A stretch of DNA of 64,000 nucleotides from an uncultured Lawsonia sp. (GCA_964538355.1 CAZIFC010000007.1:5924-69923); one strand, 5' to 3'; counted from the first letter of the stretch, positions 30,317-40,086 are shown. The notes: generated by a model not told the origin, from the sequence alone. Translations and numbers: made by a program.

Positions 30317-31625
30317 TGATGATCCGGGGATTGTCCGCACCTTGCTGTTGAGCCTCAAGGCTCTGGGCTGTTCTCCCGTGGGCGTGGACAGCGCAGAGGC
30401 TGCACTGCGGACGCTGGAGGGCGGGCAGCCCGATCTCCTGCTGACGGATATGCGTATGGAAGGCCTTTCCGGGGTGGAGCTGGTGCAGGAAACCCGGAAC
30501 CGCTGGCCCGGTGTGGTGTGCGTGGTGATGACGGCCTTCGCCTCCTATGAAAATGCCGTATCCGCCATCAAGGCCGGGGCGTACGACTACCTCCCCAAGC
30601 CGTTCACGACGGATCAGCTGGAGCATCTTGTCCGCAAGGTGGAGCTGCTGGTGGAGCTTAAGCGCGAGAATGCCCGGCTTCGGGCCGGTATCGGAGACTG
30701 GTTTGACGGGCTGACCTCCCCGAAGATTCAGGCCCTCAGGAGCGTGGTCGAGCGGGTTGCCCCGAGTGAGGCGACGGTGCTGCTCTCCGGGGAGACGGGT
30801 TCTGGCAAAACGGAGCTGGCCCGCGCCATCCATCGGCGATCTTCGCGGGCCGACAAGACGCTTGTGGAGGTGACCTGTACCGCCATTGCCGAAAACCTTT
30901 TCGAGTCCGAGGTGTTCGGGCATGTGAAGGGCGCGTTTACCGGTGCGGTGCGCGACCGGGAGGGCAAGTTCGAGCTGGCTGACGGAGGAACGCTGTTTCT
31001 TGACGAGATAGGGGAGCTTTCGGCGGCGGCTCAAGCCAAGCTGCTGCGGTTCCTTGAAGATCGTGTTATCGAGCGGGTCGGGGGAAATGTTCCCATCCGG
31101 CTGGACGTGCGTGTCATCGCCGCCACCAACAGGGATCTTGCCGCCATGATCCGGGCCGGAACCTTCCGCGAGGATTTGTACTATCGGCTGAACGTGTTCG
31201 AATGTGTGGTTCCTCCGCTGCGCGAGCGTTCCGAGGATATCGAGCCGCTCGCCGCGAGGCTGCTTCATGCCGCTGCCGCACGGTATGGGGAACCCCCCGT
31301 GCTTTCACCGGCGGTTCGGCATGCCCTGCGGGGGTACGGCTGGCCCGGCAATGTCCGCGAGCTTCGCAATGTTATGGAACGGCTGGCCCTGCTGGCCTCC
31401 GGGCGGGAGGCAACCCTTGCGGATCTGCCTCCGGCGTTGACGGAAGGGCTGGCGGGAGTGGCGGCGGAGCAGGGCGCGGAGCCGCATATCCTGACGCTGA
31501 AGGAGCTGGAGGCGGAACATGTCCGGCGAGTGCTGGGGCTTGGGGTCAGCATGGAGCGTGCTGCGGAGCTTTTGGGGATCAATACGGTTACGCTTTGGCG
31601 CAAACGCAAGGAACTGGGAGCCTGA
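30294..31625 (+). CDS. sigma54-dependent response regulator (NtrC family)
   Basis: Receiver domain (VADDD, TD, KP), [15 protein letters not shown], Fis-type HTH. Confidence 0.94.
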   Translation: MLHVLVADDDPGIVRTLLLSLKALGCSPVGVDSAEAALRTLEGGQPDLLLTDMRMEGLSGVELVQETRNRWPGVVCVVMTAFASYENAVSAIKAGAYDYLPKPFTTDQLEHLVRKVELLVELKRENARLRAGIGDWFDGLTSPKIQALRSVVERVAPSEATVLLSGETGSGKTELARAIHRRSSRADKTLVEVTCTAIAENLFESEVFGHVKGAFTGAVRDREGKFELADGGTLFLDEIGELSAAAQAKLLRFLEDRVIERVGGNVPIRLDVRVIAATNRDLAAMIRAGTFREDLYYRLNVFECVVPPLRERSEDIEPLAARLLHAAAARYGEPPVLSPAVRHALRGYGWPGNVRELRNVMERLALLASGREATLADLPPALTEGLAGVAAEQGAEPHILTLKELEAEHVRRVLGLGVSMERAAELLGINTVTLWRKRKELGA

Positions 31626-31670
31626 AACCGGGTGATATACCGTTTCGCTTGAGCAAGAAGGAGGTTGGAG

Positions 31671-31952
31671 ATGGCGTTCATTGCCGGAGACAGCGTGCTT
31701 GATGCCGCATACGGGTATGGCATGGTATGCGATGTGATCAGAAATCCCGATGAGACCTATCCTGTTATTTGCAGGTATTGGAAAAACGGGCGGCCTGTGG
31801 AGGTCTCCTATACGCGGGAAGGCTTCAATGATGTTTCCGACCCCGCGCCATCTCTCGTGCATGCCAGAGCCGGTTCCGCCCGGGAAAAGCCAAGCCGCCT
31901 GTCGTTTGAGGATTTTGATGAGGAATACCGGGAACTGTTTGAAAGGCCGTGA
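31671..31952 (+). CDS. small hypothetical protein
   Basis: ATG after GGAG, beta-rich pattern, fills the gap between two clear genes. Confidence 0.6.
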   Translation: MAFIAGDSVLDAAYGYGMVCDVIRNPDETYPVICRYWKNGRPVEVSYTREGFNDVSDPAPSLVHARAGSAREKPSRLSFEDFDEEYRELFERP

Positions 31953-32150
31953 GCCGTCGGCCTGAGAGCCTGTACGGAATCTTTTTCAGGATAGCCAATG
32001 ATTTCAGGGGAGAATGCGGGACTACCGGTAACTGGCCCGCCGATAATATAAAAACAGTTACTATTAGTATTGACTTCTTTCGTGATTTGTCCAAAAATAC
32101 GCAAACAGGAGCAGAGGAACTATTTCAAGCATATAACAAGAGAGGGAAAG

Positions 32151-33554
32151 ATGAGAACTCGTTCCGCTTTGCTGGTAGCCAGCTGCGTTCTGGCTGCTAC
32201 GGTGGCTACAGGCGGTGCCCTGACCGAGAGTATCGGAGCCGACAAGGGGGTGCCGGCCAATCACCCGCAAATGGCAAAATTTTCTCAGGTGTCCGGCATT
32301 GTTATGGAAAAATGCATGGCCTGTCATTCGCGCAATTATGATCTTCCGTTCTATGCCAAGATTCCGGGCATCAAGGAAATCATCGAGAAGGATTTCAGGG
32401 ACGGCCTGCGCGCGATGGATCTGAATATTGAGCTGATCGAAGCCGCCAAGGACAAGCCTGTCGGGGAAGCCACCCTCGCCAAGATGGAATGGGTCATCGC
32501 CAATGAAACCATGCCGCCCGCCAAGTTTACCGCCGTGCATTGGGGCAGCCGTGTTTCCGCCGTCGACAAGGAGGCTATCCTTGAATGGGTGAAGGCTTCT
32601 CGCGCCGCCCATTACGCGACCGGCCTTGCGGCTCCGAAGCACGCCAATGAGCCGCTTCAGCCGTTGCCGGATTCCGTCAAGACCAACGCCGCCAAGGTTG
32701 CCCTTGGAGAAAAACTTTTTGCTGACAAGCGGTTGTCTGGTGACAACACCGTAGCCTGTCTGACCTGCCACGATTATGAAAAGGCGGGAACGGACAACAA
32801 GCGTTTTGCCGAAGGCATCCGCGGGCAGTTCGGGGACATCAACGCTCCGACCATGTTCAACGCGGTTTTCAATACCAGGCAGTTCTGGAATGGCCGGGCC
32901 GCGGATCTTCAGGAGCAGGCCGGCGGCCCGCCCATGAATCCCATAGAAATGGGCAGCAAGGACTGGGATGAAATCAGTGCCAAGCTCGCGCAGGATGAAG
33001 CGTTGACCGCAGCCTTTACCGCCGTTTACCCTGATGGCTGGAACGGAAAGAACATCACCGACGCCATCGCCGAATATGAAAAGACCCTGATCACGCCGGA
33101 CAGCCGTTTCGACAAGTGGCTGAAGGGTGATGACAAGGCTTTGACCGCACAGGAAATCGAAGGGTATCAGCGTTTCAAGATGTACCGCTGCTCCAGCTGC
33201 CACGTCGGCAAGTCTGTGGGTGGGCAGTCCTTTGAATATATGGATCTCAAGAAGGACTACTTTGCGGTACGCGGCAATCCGCTGGGATCGGATGAAGGGC
33301 TCAAGGGCTTCACCGGCAAGGCGGAAGATCTGCACCGCTTCAAGGTTCCGAATCTCCGCAACATTGAATTGACAAGCCCTTATCTGCATGACGGTACGGT
33401 AACGACGCTTGATGAAGCCGTAGGCATCATGGGCGAATATCTTTCCGGGATGGATATCCCGAAGGGGGATCGCGAGCTTATTGTTGGCTTCCTGCGGACG
33501 CTGACTGGCGAATGGCACGGCCAGCCCGTGGCTGGAACGGCTGTAAAGAACTAG
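32151..33554 (+). CDS. triheme cytochrome c peroxidase (YhjA-like)
   Basis: Three CxxCH motifs (CMACH, CLTCH, CSSCH); QFWNGRA and FKVPNLRNI...PYLHDG of the CCP_MauG family. Confidence 0.92.
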   Translation: MRTRSALLVASCVLAATVATGGALTESIGADKGVPANHPQMAKFSQVSGIVMEKCMACHSRNYDLPFYAKIPGIKEIIEKDFRDGLRAMDLNIELIEAAKDKPVGEATLAKMEWVIANETMPPAKFTAVHWGSRVSAVDKEAILEWVKASRAAHYATGLAAPKHANEPLQPLPDSVKTNAAKVALGEKLFADKRLSGDNTVACLTCHDYEKAGTDNKRFAEGIRGQFGDINAPTMFNAVFNTRQFWNGRAADLQEQAGGPPMNPIEMGSKDWDEISAKLAQDEALTAAFTAVYPDGWNGKNITDAIAEYEKTLITPDSRFDKWLKGDDKALTAQEIEGYQRFKMYRCSSCHVGKSVGGQSFEYMDLKKDYFAVRGNPLGSDEGLKGFTGKAEDLHRFKVPNLRNIELTSPYLHDGTVTTLDEAVGIMGEYLSGMDIPKGDRELIVGFLRTLTGEWHGQPVAGTAVKN

Positions 33555-33572
33555 CCTTCTCACCATACGCAC

Positions 33573-33609
33573 AAAAGGCGGCATCGGGACATTCCGGTGC
33601 CGCCTTTTT
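33573..33609 (+). terminator. intrinsic terminator
   Basis: AAAAGGCGGCATCGG / CCGGTGCCGCCTTTTT stem. Confidence 0.82.
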
Positions 33610-34152
33610 CCATGCCGGCGCGACGGGAAGACGCTCCATAAAGGGAAACGGACAGGCTGAAAGCGTTTCGGGAGTTCTGCTTTTGGAAAGCATGAAAAAG
33701 TTTTTTTGCGGTGGATGCAGAGGCTCCTTCAGGCATGAGCATGGAATGGCATATTATAAAAAGGTAAGGATAGGCATGGAACGATGTCCCACGGCAGTAT
33801 AAAATCATGGTTTTTGAAGTTGATTATTTGTAAGTTTAGGCGGTTAGTGTTTCTTGTGATTTATAGTGTAAAGTGCCCATATTTATCATGGAAATAGTTC
33901 TCTCTTTTTAGGAGGTTTCATCCATCCCCCAAAACATGAAACCTTGGCCTGGCTTTTTCTGTGAGTATGCTGCAAATGTATTTTGAGTTGATAGTTTTTT
34001 CTTTACAGAAGCCTGATTGTATTGCAAAAGATTTTTGTACAGCTTCCGTATTTGGCTTTCAGAAAAGAAAAACGATCGACATACGGTCAATCCATGTATC
34101 GGATGCTGAAAATCAACTGGGATTTGAAGAAATCCACTTTGGAGGTATATAA

Positions 34153-34641
34153 ATGATTAGTGATGCCGAACTCCTGAAGTTGGTCATGGAAAGATATCCC
34201 GAACAGCCCACTTCTTTTGTCATCGACCAGTTTACGGTGCTCAAGGCAGGTCTGATTCAGGCAAACAATAAGCTTGCCGCCATGGATATGGAAGAAATCG
34301 TCTGCGAAACCGTTGCCGTTGAAGAAGCTCTCGCCGAAACCGAGGAAGCTCCCGCGGCTGCGCCGAAAAAGAAATTTACCAAACGCAGTCTCGTGGTGCG
34401 TCCCGAAGAAGCCATCGGCGACGACACCGTGCAGTGCTGTCTGTGCGGTCGTGCCTTCCAGAACCTGACGGCGAAGCATCTTCTTTCCCACGGCATTTCC
34501 GTGGACGAATACAAGAAGCTCTGCGGCTATGCCCCCGAACAGAAGCTGATCAGCCACAACCTGCTGATGAAGCTTCAGGAAAACGTCCAGAAGGCCCAGC
34601 GTTCGAGAGAACAGAAGCTTTCGGGCGAACATCTGAAATAA
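34153..34641 (+). CDS. MucR/Ros family zinc-finger regulator
   Basis: EEAIGDDTVQCCLCGRAFQNLTAKHLLSHGISVDEYKKLCG pattern. Confidence 0.8.
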   Translation: MISDAELLKLVMERYPEQPTSFVIDQFTVLKAGLIQANNKLAAMDMEEIVCETVAVEEALAETEEAPAAAPKKKFTKRSLVVRPEEAIGDDTVQCCLCGRAFQNLTAKHLLSHGISVDEYKKLCGYAPEQKLISHNLLMKLQENVQKAQRSREQKLSGEHLK

Positions 34642-34769
34642 TGTGTCTGCGGGGCATCCGAAACGGTGTCCCGCTTTTGTTTTTGCAAAAGGCTCTGGAC
34701 CTGCTGTGTCGGGACGTGTATGGAAAATGCGAAACGCTTTGTTTCCACTTTTCATCCAGGCGGTTTTCA

Positions 34770-35162
34770 ATGCTTGAAACGATTTCTCCCTCCGAGGCCG
34801 TTTCGCTGTTTCGTAGCGGAGAGGCTCTTTTTGTCGATGTCCGTACCGAAAAGGAGTTTTTGAAGCGTACCATTCCCGGTTCTCCGCTGGTTCCTCTTGA
34901 TCGGCTGGAGCAGGAGAGGGGGCTTGAGGCTCGTTTTGGGGAAAAGCCGGTGGTCTTTTTTTGCCGCTCGGGAAACCGCACCCGGGACAAGGCCGAGCTG
35001 CTGGAAAACAGTGTCCGGAGCAAAGCCTATCAGCTTGATGGGGGCATCCTCGCATGGGAGCGGGCCGGGTTTCCCGTATGGAGTCCCCGGGAGCTTCTTC
35101 CCTGCTTTCAGGACAAGGCCTCCTGTACGTCCGGCGTCTTTTCCAGAGCTGTCCCCTGCTGA
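34770..35162 (+). CDS. rhodanese-like domain protein
   Basis: FVDVRT, IPGS, active-site loop FCRSGNRT, LDGGILAW. Confidence 0.82.
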   Translation: MLETISPSEAVSLFRSGEALFVDVRTEKEFLKRTIPGSPLVPLDRLEQERGLEARFGEKPVVFFCRSGNRTRDKAELLENSVRSKAYQLDGGILAWERAGFPVWSPRELLPCFQDKASCTSGVFSRAVPC

Positions 35163-35596
35163 GGAAGCGCGTTTGAAGCCGCTGTTGAAAATTTTCTCGA
35201 AGTCCTCTTGGGCCTCTGAAACGGAGCCGAGAGGGATTGGCTGGAGCGCGGGCCACTGCGGATTCGGCCTGCAAAAAAATATTTGCTGAGACACCACTTT
35301 TTTAGTGATGTCTCTTTTTTTATGTATTGTTAAACGGTTGCGCCGTGTAGTCGGGGCGCGGACAAAGGATGGCCTGCCTTTTTTCGGCTCCAGAAACGTT
35401 GCCAAAACGCTGTTGCGAGGTTTCCGTTGTGCCCAAATATCCCTTTTTCTCTTTTTTTTGCAAAAAAATGTAAAAAATGGGCCAGGAATTTTTGAAAGCC
35501 GCCCCGAAATGGATTTTTTGCCATTTTTCTAATCAAGGTTATAAGTCATGAAAAGTAAAGTATATTTTTGCTGTTTGGCTTTACAAACAGCCCTTT

Positions 35597-35618
35597 GATT
35601 GTGACTCTTGTGACAATC
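35597..35618. promoter_or_regulatory. palindromic operator upstream of the TRAP operon
   Basis: GATTGTGAC-TCTT-GTGACAATC, arms 8/9 complementary. Confidence 0.5.
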
Positions 35619-35788
35619 TGAGGGGCTTATTCAAAATTCTGACCAAAATTTATATCTGCAATATTCCCCGCTTTTTACAATGCTTTCTCTATGTTGTTTT
35701 GAACTTCCCCTAGCCTTCGATTATTTTTTGTGCTAGTCAGTGCATTAGGTTTTTTTTCACAATCCATTAACAGAGTGAGAGGAGAACG

Positions 35789-36802
35789 TTGATGACCTGC
35801 AAGAAGATTCTTCCCCTGGTGTTGGCTGCTTTGTTCTTGTGGTCTGCTGCTCCTGCAGTGGCCGCTCCCGAAATGACGCTGAAAATCGCGGCGGGAGACC
35901 CCGAAGATTCCGAAATGGGCGTCGTGGGTAATGCCTTCAAGAAGTATGTGGAAGAAAAGAGCAACGGCAAAGTGGAAGTCCAGTGCTTCTACGGCGGCTC
36001 CCTCGGTGACGAAAGCGAATGCTTCCGTAACGTGCAGAAAGGCACCCTGCCTCTGGCCCTGGGCGGCATCGCCAACCTCGTGCCTTTCGAAAAGAAGCTT
36101 GGCATGCTGACTCTTCCCTACCTCTTCGCCAACATTGACGAAGTGGTTGCCGGCACCAACGGTGCTCCTGCCGAACTGCTCAACAAGTACGCCACCAAGG
36201 CCGGTTTCCGCGTTCTTACCTGGACCTACACCGACTTCCGTTACATCTCCAACTCCAAGCGTCCCATCACCAAGATGGCCGACATCCAGGGCCTGAAGTT
36301 CCGCGTTCCCCAGAGTGCCGTGCTCATCGCTGCCTACAAGGCCTTCGGCGGCAGCCCGACTCCTATCTCTTGGGCCGAAACCTTCACCGCTCTCCAGCAG
36401 GGCGTTGTTGACGGCCAGTGCTACGGCTACATCGGCTTCAAGGCCATGAAGTTCAATGAAGCCAACCAGAAGTACATCACCGAAGTCCACTACACCTATC
36501 AGCTGCAGCCTCTGGTCATCAGCGAACGCGTGTTCAAGAAGATGACCCCCGAAATGCAGAAGCTGATGATCGACGCCGGCAAGTACGCTCAGGACACCGT
36601 TCTGAAGTACCAGATCGAAAATGCTGACGCCGCCAAGAAGGAACTCATCGCTGGCGGTATCCAGGTTGCCCAGCTTGAAGACGAAGACCAGTGGAAGAAG
36701 GCCGCCATTGAAAAGGTATGGCCCGAAATGGCCGACTTCGTGGGTGGCAAGGCTGCTATCAACGAATACCTCAAGGCTTGCGGCAAGCCTGAATGGAAGT
36801 AA
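35789..36802 (+). CDS. dctP: TRAP transporter substrate-binding protein 1
   Basis: Signal peptide, LTLPYLF, GLKFRVP, ALQQGVVDG. Confidence 0.92.
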   Translation: MMTCKKILPLVLAALFLWSAAPAVAAPEMTLKIAAGDPEDSEMGVVGNAFKKYVEEKSNGKVEVQCFYGGSLGDESECFRNVQKGTLPLALGGIANLVPFEKKLGMLTLPYLFANIDEVVAGTNGAPAELLNKYATKAGFRVLTWTYTDFRYISNSKRPITKMADIQGLKFRVPQSAVLIAAYKAFGGSPTPISWAETFTALQQGVVDGQCYGYIGFKAMKFNEANQKYITEVHYTYQLQPLVISERVFKKMTPEMQKLMIDAGKYAQDTVLKYQIENADAAKKELIAGGIQVAQLEDEDQWKKAAIEKVWPEMADFVGGKAAINEYLKACGKPEWK

Positions 36803-36814
36803 GTCGTTCTTGAT

Positions 36815-37012
36815 GAAGACAGGGTATCGGGCCTGCGGGGGCGGGCCTGATACCACTGCGCATCTGTGAAGGAGTCCGTGTAGAGCCGTCTATCGGCCCC
36901 GGTTATCGGGATAGCGGAGACGGCAACACGGATTCCTTCTGCGCGGGTCTTCCCTGACTCAAGGTTGTGCAGCGGGCCGTAACCCGCTCCGGTTCCTGCC
37001 GTAACGGGAACC
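36815..37012 (+). other. highly structured intergenic RNA segment
   Basis: Two 14-bp stems, an enclosing GAAGAC/GTCTTC pair and two hairpins sharing the loop CCGTAA. Confidence 0.55.
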
Positions 37013-37058
37013 GTATGGCCTTGCGGTTTCAAAGGTTTTGGGAGGAGGAATAGCAAGC

Positions 37059-37604
37059 GTGAAAAAAGCAGTTCTGGCCCTTTTGGACCACTTCGAAAGC
37101 TATCTGTGTCAGGTTTTGCTCGTATTCTTTGTAATCATCATTTTCCTTCAGATTGTTTTGCGTCAGATCAACATGTCGCTTCCCTGGACGGAAGAAATCG
37201 CCCGCTTCGCCTTTATCTGGTTCATTCTGTTCGGTGCCTGCTACGCTACGCGTCTGTGCGCCCTGAACCGCGTGACGCTCCAGTTTTCCAAGGCACCCAA
37301 GTGGGTGGGCGACATGTTTTTGTTCATCGGCGACGTGATTTGGCTCTGTTTTTCGCTCATCATGGCGTGGCAGGGATATATCGCGGTTATGGATCTCGTT
37401 GAATTCCCCTACGCGACCCCGGCCCTCGACTGGGATTTGGGCATGGTCTACCTTGTCTTCCCGCTCAGCTTTCTGCTGATGGCCATCCGTATTGTTCAGG
37501 TGAACGTTATCAAGTTCATCCTGAAGGAGGAAATTCTTGACCCCGATCAGGAAGCCATGAAGGAAAGCCAGAAGACGCTTATGACAGAAGGAGACAAGGA
37601 ATGA
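37059..37604 (+). CDS. dctQ: TRAP transporter small permease
   Basis: Four TM helices, PWTEEIARFAFIW; GTG after GGAGGAGG. Confidence 0.92.
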   Translation: MKKAVLALLDHFESYLCQVLLVFFVIIIFLQIVLRQINMSLPWTEEIARFAFIWFILFGACYATRLCALNRVTLQFSKAPKWVGDMFLFIGDVIWLCFSLIMAWQGYIAVMDLVEFPYATPALDWDLGMVYLVFPLSFLLMAIRIVQVNVIKFILKEEILDPDQEAMKESQKTLMTEGDKE

Positions 37605-38908
37605 TGGAAGCCCTTTCCCCCGCGAACATCGGCCTCATGCTGTTCGCCATCTTCTTTGTGCTGCTGCTCATCGGCAGCCCGATCATGGTTGCGCTCGGCG
37701 TGGCCACCATGACCTGCTTCATTGTTCTGGATATTGACCTCAGCCTCATGATTGAACGTGCCTTTGCCTCGTTGACGGCCTTCCCGCTTATGGCATTGCC
37801 GGCCTTCGTCCTGGCAGGGTCACTGATGGAAGCGGCAGGCGTATCAAGACGCCTTGTGCATGTCGCTGAAAACATTGTCGGGCCCACGCCCGGCGGCCTT
37901 GCCATCTCCACAACGCTTTCCTGCGTGTTCTTCGGAGCCATTTCCGGTTCCGGTCCCGCTACGACGGCCGCTGTGGGCATGCTCATGATCCCCGCCATGG
38001 CCAAGCGCGGCTACAACATCGGCTATGCGGCTGCGGCCACGGCTACCGCCGGCGGTATCGGCATCATCATCCCGCCGAGTATCCCGATGGTTATTTTCGG
38101 CGTATCCGGCCAGCAGAGTATCTCCAAGATGTTCATGGCCGGTATCCTTCCCGGTTTCCTCATCGCCATCGGCCTCAGCCTGATGCACTTCTTCCTGTGC
38201 CGCAATCTGAAGACAGAAGGGCTGGACTGGTCCATCAACTCTTTCTGGCACTCCCTGCGTGACGGTTTCTGGTCCATCCTGGCCCCCGTCATCATTCTTG
38301 GCGGTATCTACGCCGGTATCTTCACGCCGACGGAAGCGGCTGTCGTTGCCATCTTCTACACGATCCTTGTGGGTATCTTCATCCATAAGGAACTGACGAT
38401 GAAGAGCTTCATGGCCTCCCTCAAGACCACCTCATGGCTGACGGGCCGAGTTCTGGTCCTCGTCTTCACGGCGACTGCCTTCGGGTATCTGCTTACGTCC
38501 TACCGTATCCCGGTGGAAATCGCCAACTGGATCCTTTCTTTCACCAACAACGTGCATCTGGTTTGGTTCTTCGTGGTCGTCCTCCTGCTTTTCTTGGGGA
38601 TGTTCATGGAAACCCTCGCCATCATCATGCTGGTTACGCCCGTGCTGCTGCCCATCATGACGGCGTATGGCGTCGACCCGATCCACTTCGGTATTATTCT
38701 CATCTGCTGCTGCGGTATCGGATTCTCCACGCCGCCGCTGGGTGAAAACATGTTTATCGCTTCCGGTATCGCCAATATTTCTCTTGAAGAAATATCCCTG
38801 CGCGCGTTGCCGCTCGTGGCGGTCAACATTGCTGTTATTGCGATTTTGGTTCTGTTCCCGGATATCGTGCTCTTCCTGCCCAACCTGATGGGCACAGGCC
38901 TCGAGTAA
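37601..38908 (+). CDS. dctM: TRAP transporter large permease
   Basis: GAISGSGPAT, IIIPPSIPM, FTPTEAA, STPPLG motifs. Confidence 0.95.
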   Translation: MMEALSPANIGLMLFAIFFVLLLIGSPIMVALGVATMTCFIVLDIDLSLMIERAFASLTAFPLMALPAFVLAGSLMEAAGVSRRLVHVAENIVGPTPGGLAISTTLSCVFFGAISGSGPATTAAVGMLMIPAMAKRGYNIGYAAAATATAGGIGIIIPPSIPMVIFGVSGQQSISKMFMAGILPGFLIAIGLSLMHFFLCRNLKTEGLDWSINSFWHSLRDGFWSILAPVIILGGIYAGIFTPTEAAVVAIFYTILVGIFIHKELTMKSFMASLKTTSWLTGRVLVLVFTATAFGYLLTSYRIPVEIANWILSFTNNVHLVWFFVVVLLLFLGMFMETLAIIMLVTPVLLPIMTAYGVDPIHFGIILICCCGIGFSTPPLGENMFIASGIANISLEEISLRALPLVAVNIAVIAILVLFPDIVLFLPNLMGTGLE

Positions 38909-38988
38909 GCTGAGGGCGGCGGGGCGGATGCTCCGCCGCCTCTGCTTCCACCATCAGCAATTGTAAAAAGACGAAAAAAGAGAACATT

Positions 38989-40011
38989 ATGAGCTGCAAG
39001 AAATTTGTTTCCTTGCTTCTGGCCAGCCTGTTTGTCTGCGTATCGTCGGCTTCCGCCGCTTCTGCCCAGGCTCCTCAGATGACCTTGAAAATCGCCATGG
39101 GTGACCCGGAAAGCTCTGAAATGGGCGTTGTGGGCAATGCCTTCAAGCGGTATGTCGAGAACAACACGAATGGTGCCGTGCAGGTTGTCTGCATTTATGG
39201 CGGAACTCCCGGCGATGATGAAAGCGAACGTTTCCGCAAGGTGCAGAAGGGTACGCTTGATATGGCCCTTGGAGGCGTGGCGAACATCGTGCCTCTGGAA
39301 AAGAAGCTCGGCCTGCTGACCCTGCCGTATTTGTTCAACAACCTGAATGAAGTGGTGGCGGGCACAAACGGTGCTTCCGCGGAACTGCTGAACAAGTATG
39401 CAGCCGAAGCTGGCTTCCGTGTTCTGACCTGGACCTACACCGGCTTCCGGTTCATCTCCAACAGCAAGCACCCCATCACCAACCTTACGGATATGAAGGG
39501 CCTGAAGATTCGTGTGCCCCAGAATGCCGTCATGGTCGATACCTACAAGGCGTTTGGAGCTATTCCTTCCGTTATTCCGTGGGCTTCCACCTATACGGAA
39601 TTGCAGAGCGGCAACGTGGACGGCCAGTGCTACGGCTACATCGGATTCCGCGCCATGAAGTTTAACGAAGCCGATCAGCACTTCATTTCCGAAGTGCATT
39701 ACAACTACAACCTTCAGCCGCTGGTGATCAGCCTGCGTATCTTCAACAAGCTGACTCCCGAACTCCAGCGGATCCTTATTGATGCCGGTCGGTATGCTCA
39801 GGAACGTTCCCTCATCTTCCAGATCGAGCAGGCCGAAGCCGCCAAGCGTGAGCTGCTGGCAAGCGGCGTCAAGATTTCCCAGCTGACCGACGAATTTCAC
39901 TGGAAGGAAGTTGCCTTTACAAAGGTGTGGCCCCAGATGGCCGACTTTGTGGGCGGCAAGGATGCCATCAATGAATATCTGAAGTCCTGCGGCAAGCAGC
40001 CCTGGAACTAG
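38989..40011 (+). CDS. dctP: TRAP transporter substrate-binding protein 2 (paralog of protein 1)
   Basis: Colinear with the 35789 protein, including SEMGVVGNAFK and DGQCYGYIGF. Confidence 0.92.
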   Translation: MSCKKFVSLLLASLFVCVSSASAASAQAPQMTLKIAMGDPESSEMGVVGNAFKRYVENNTNGAVQVVCIYGGTPGDDESERFRKVQKGTLDMALGGVANIVPLEKKLGLLTLPYLFNNLNEVVAGTNGASAELLNKYAAEAGFRVLTWTYTGFRFISNSKHPITNLTDMKGLKIRVPQNAVMVDTYKAFGAIPSVIPWASTYTELQSGNVDGQCYGYIGFRAMKFNEADQHFISEVHYNYNLQPLVISLRIFNKLTPELQRILIDAGRYAQERSLIFQIEQAEAAKRELLASGVKISQLTDEFHWKEVAFTKVWPQMADFVGGKDAINEYLKSCGKQPWN

Positions 40012-40030
40012 CCTTAAAAGCCTCATCGGA

Positions 40031-40065
40031 GAAAGGCCCGGACAGTCTGCCCGGGCCTTTCTTTT
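40031..40065. terminator. bidirectional terminator
   Basis: GAAAGGCCCGG / CCGGGCCTTTC stem plus T run, between convergent genes. Confidence 0.8.
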
Positions 40066-40086
40066 ATGGAAAGCCGCAAAGGGAAA

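Noticed and set aside
32041-32075. PerR/Fur-like box upstream of the peroxidase
   Set aside because: Only about half the positions are symmetric; not distinguishable from AT-rich background.
34897-35289. Frameshifted C-terminal membrane domain for the rhodanese (YgaP-like)
   Set aside because: The alternative frame has no hydrophobic segments; a stand-alone rhodanese is the simpler reading.
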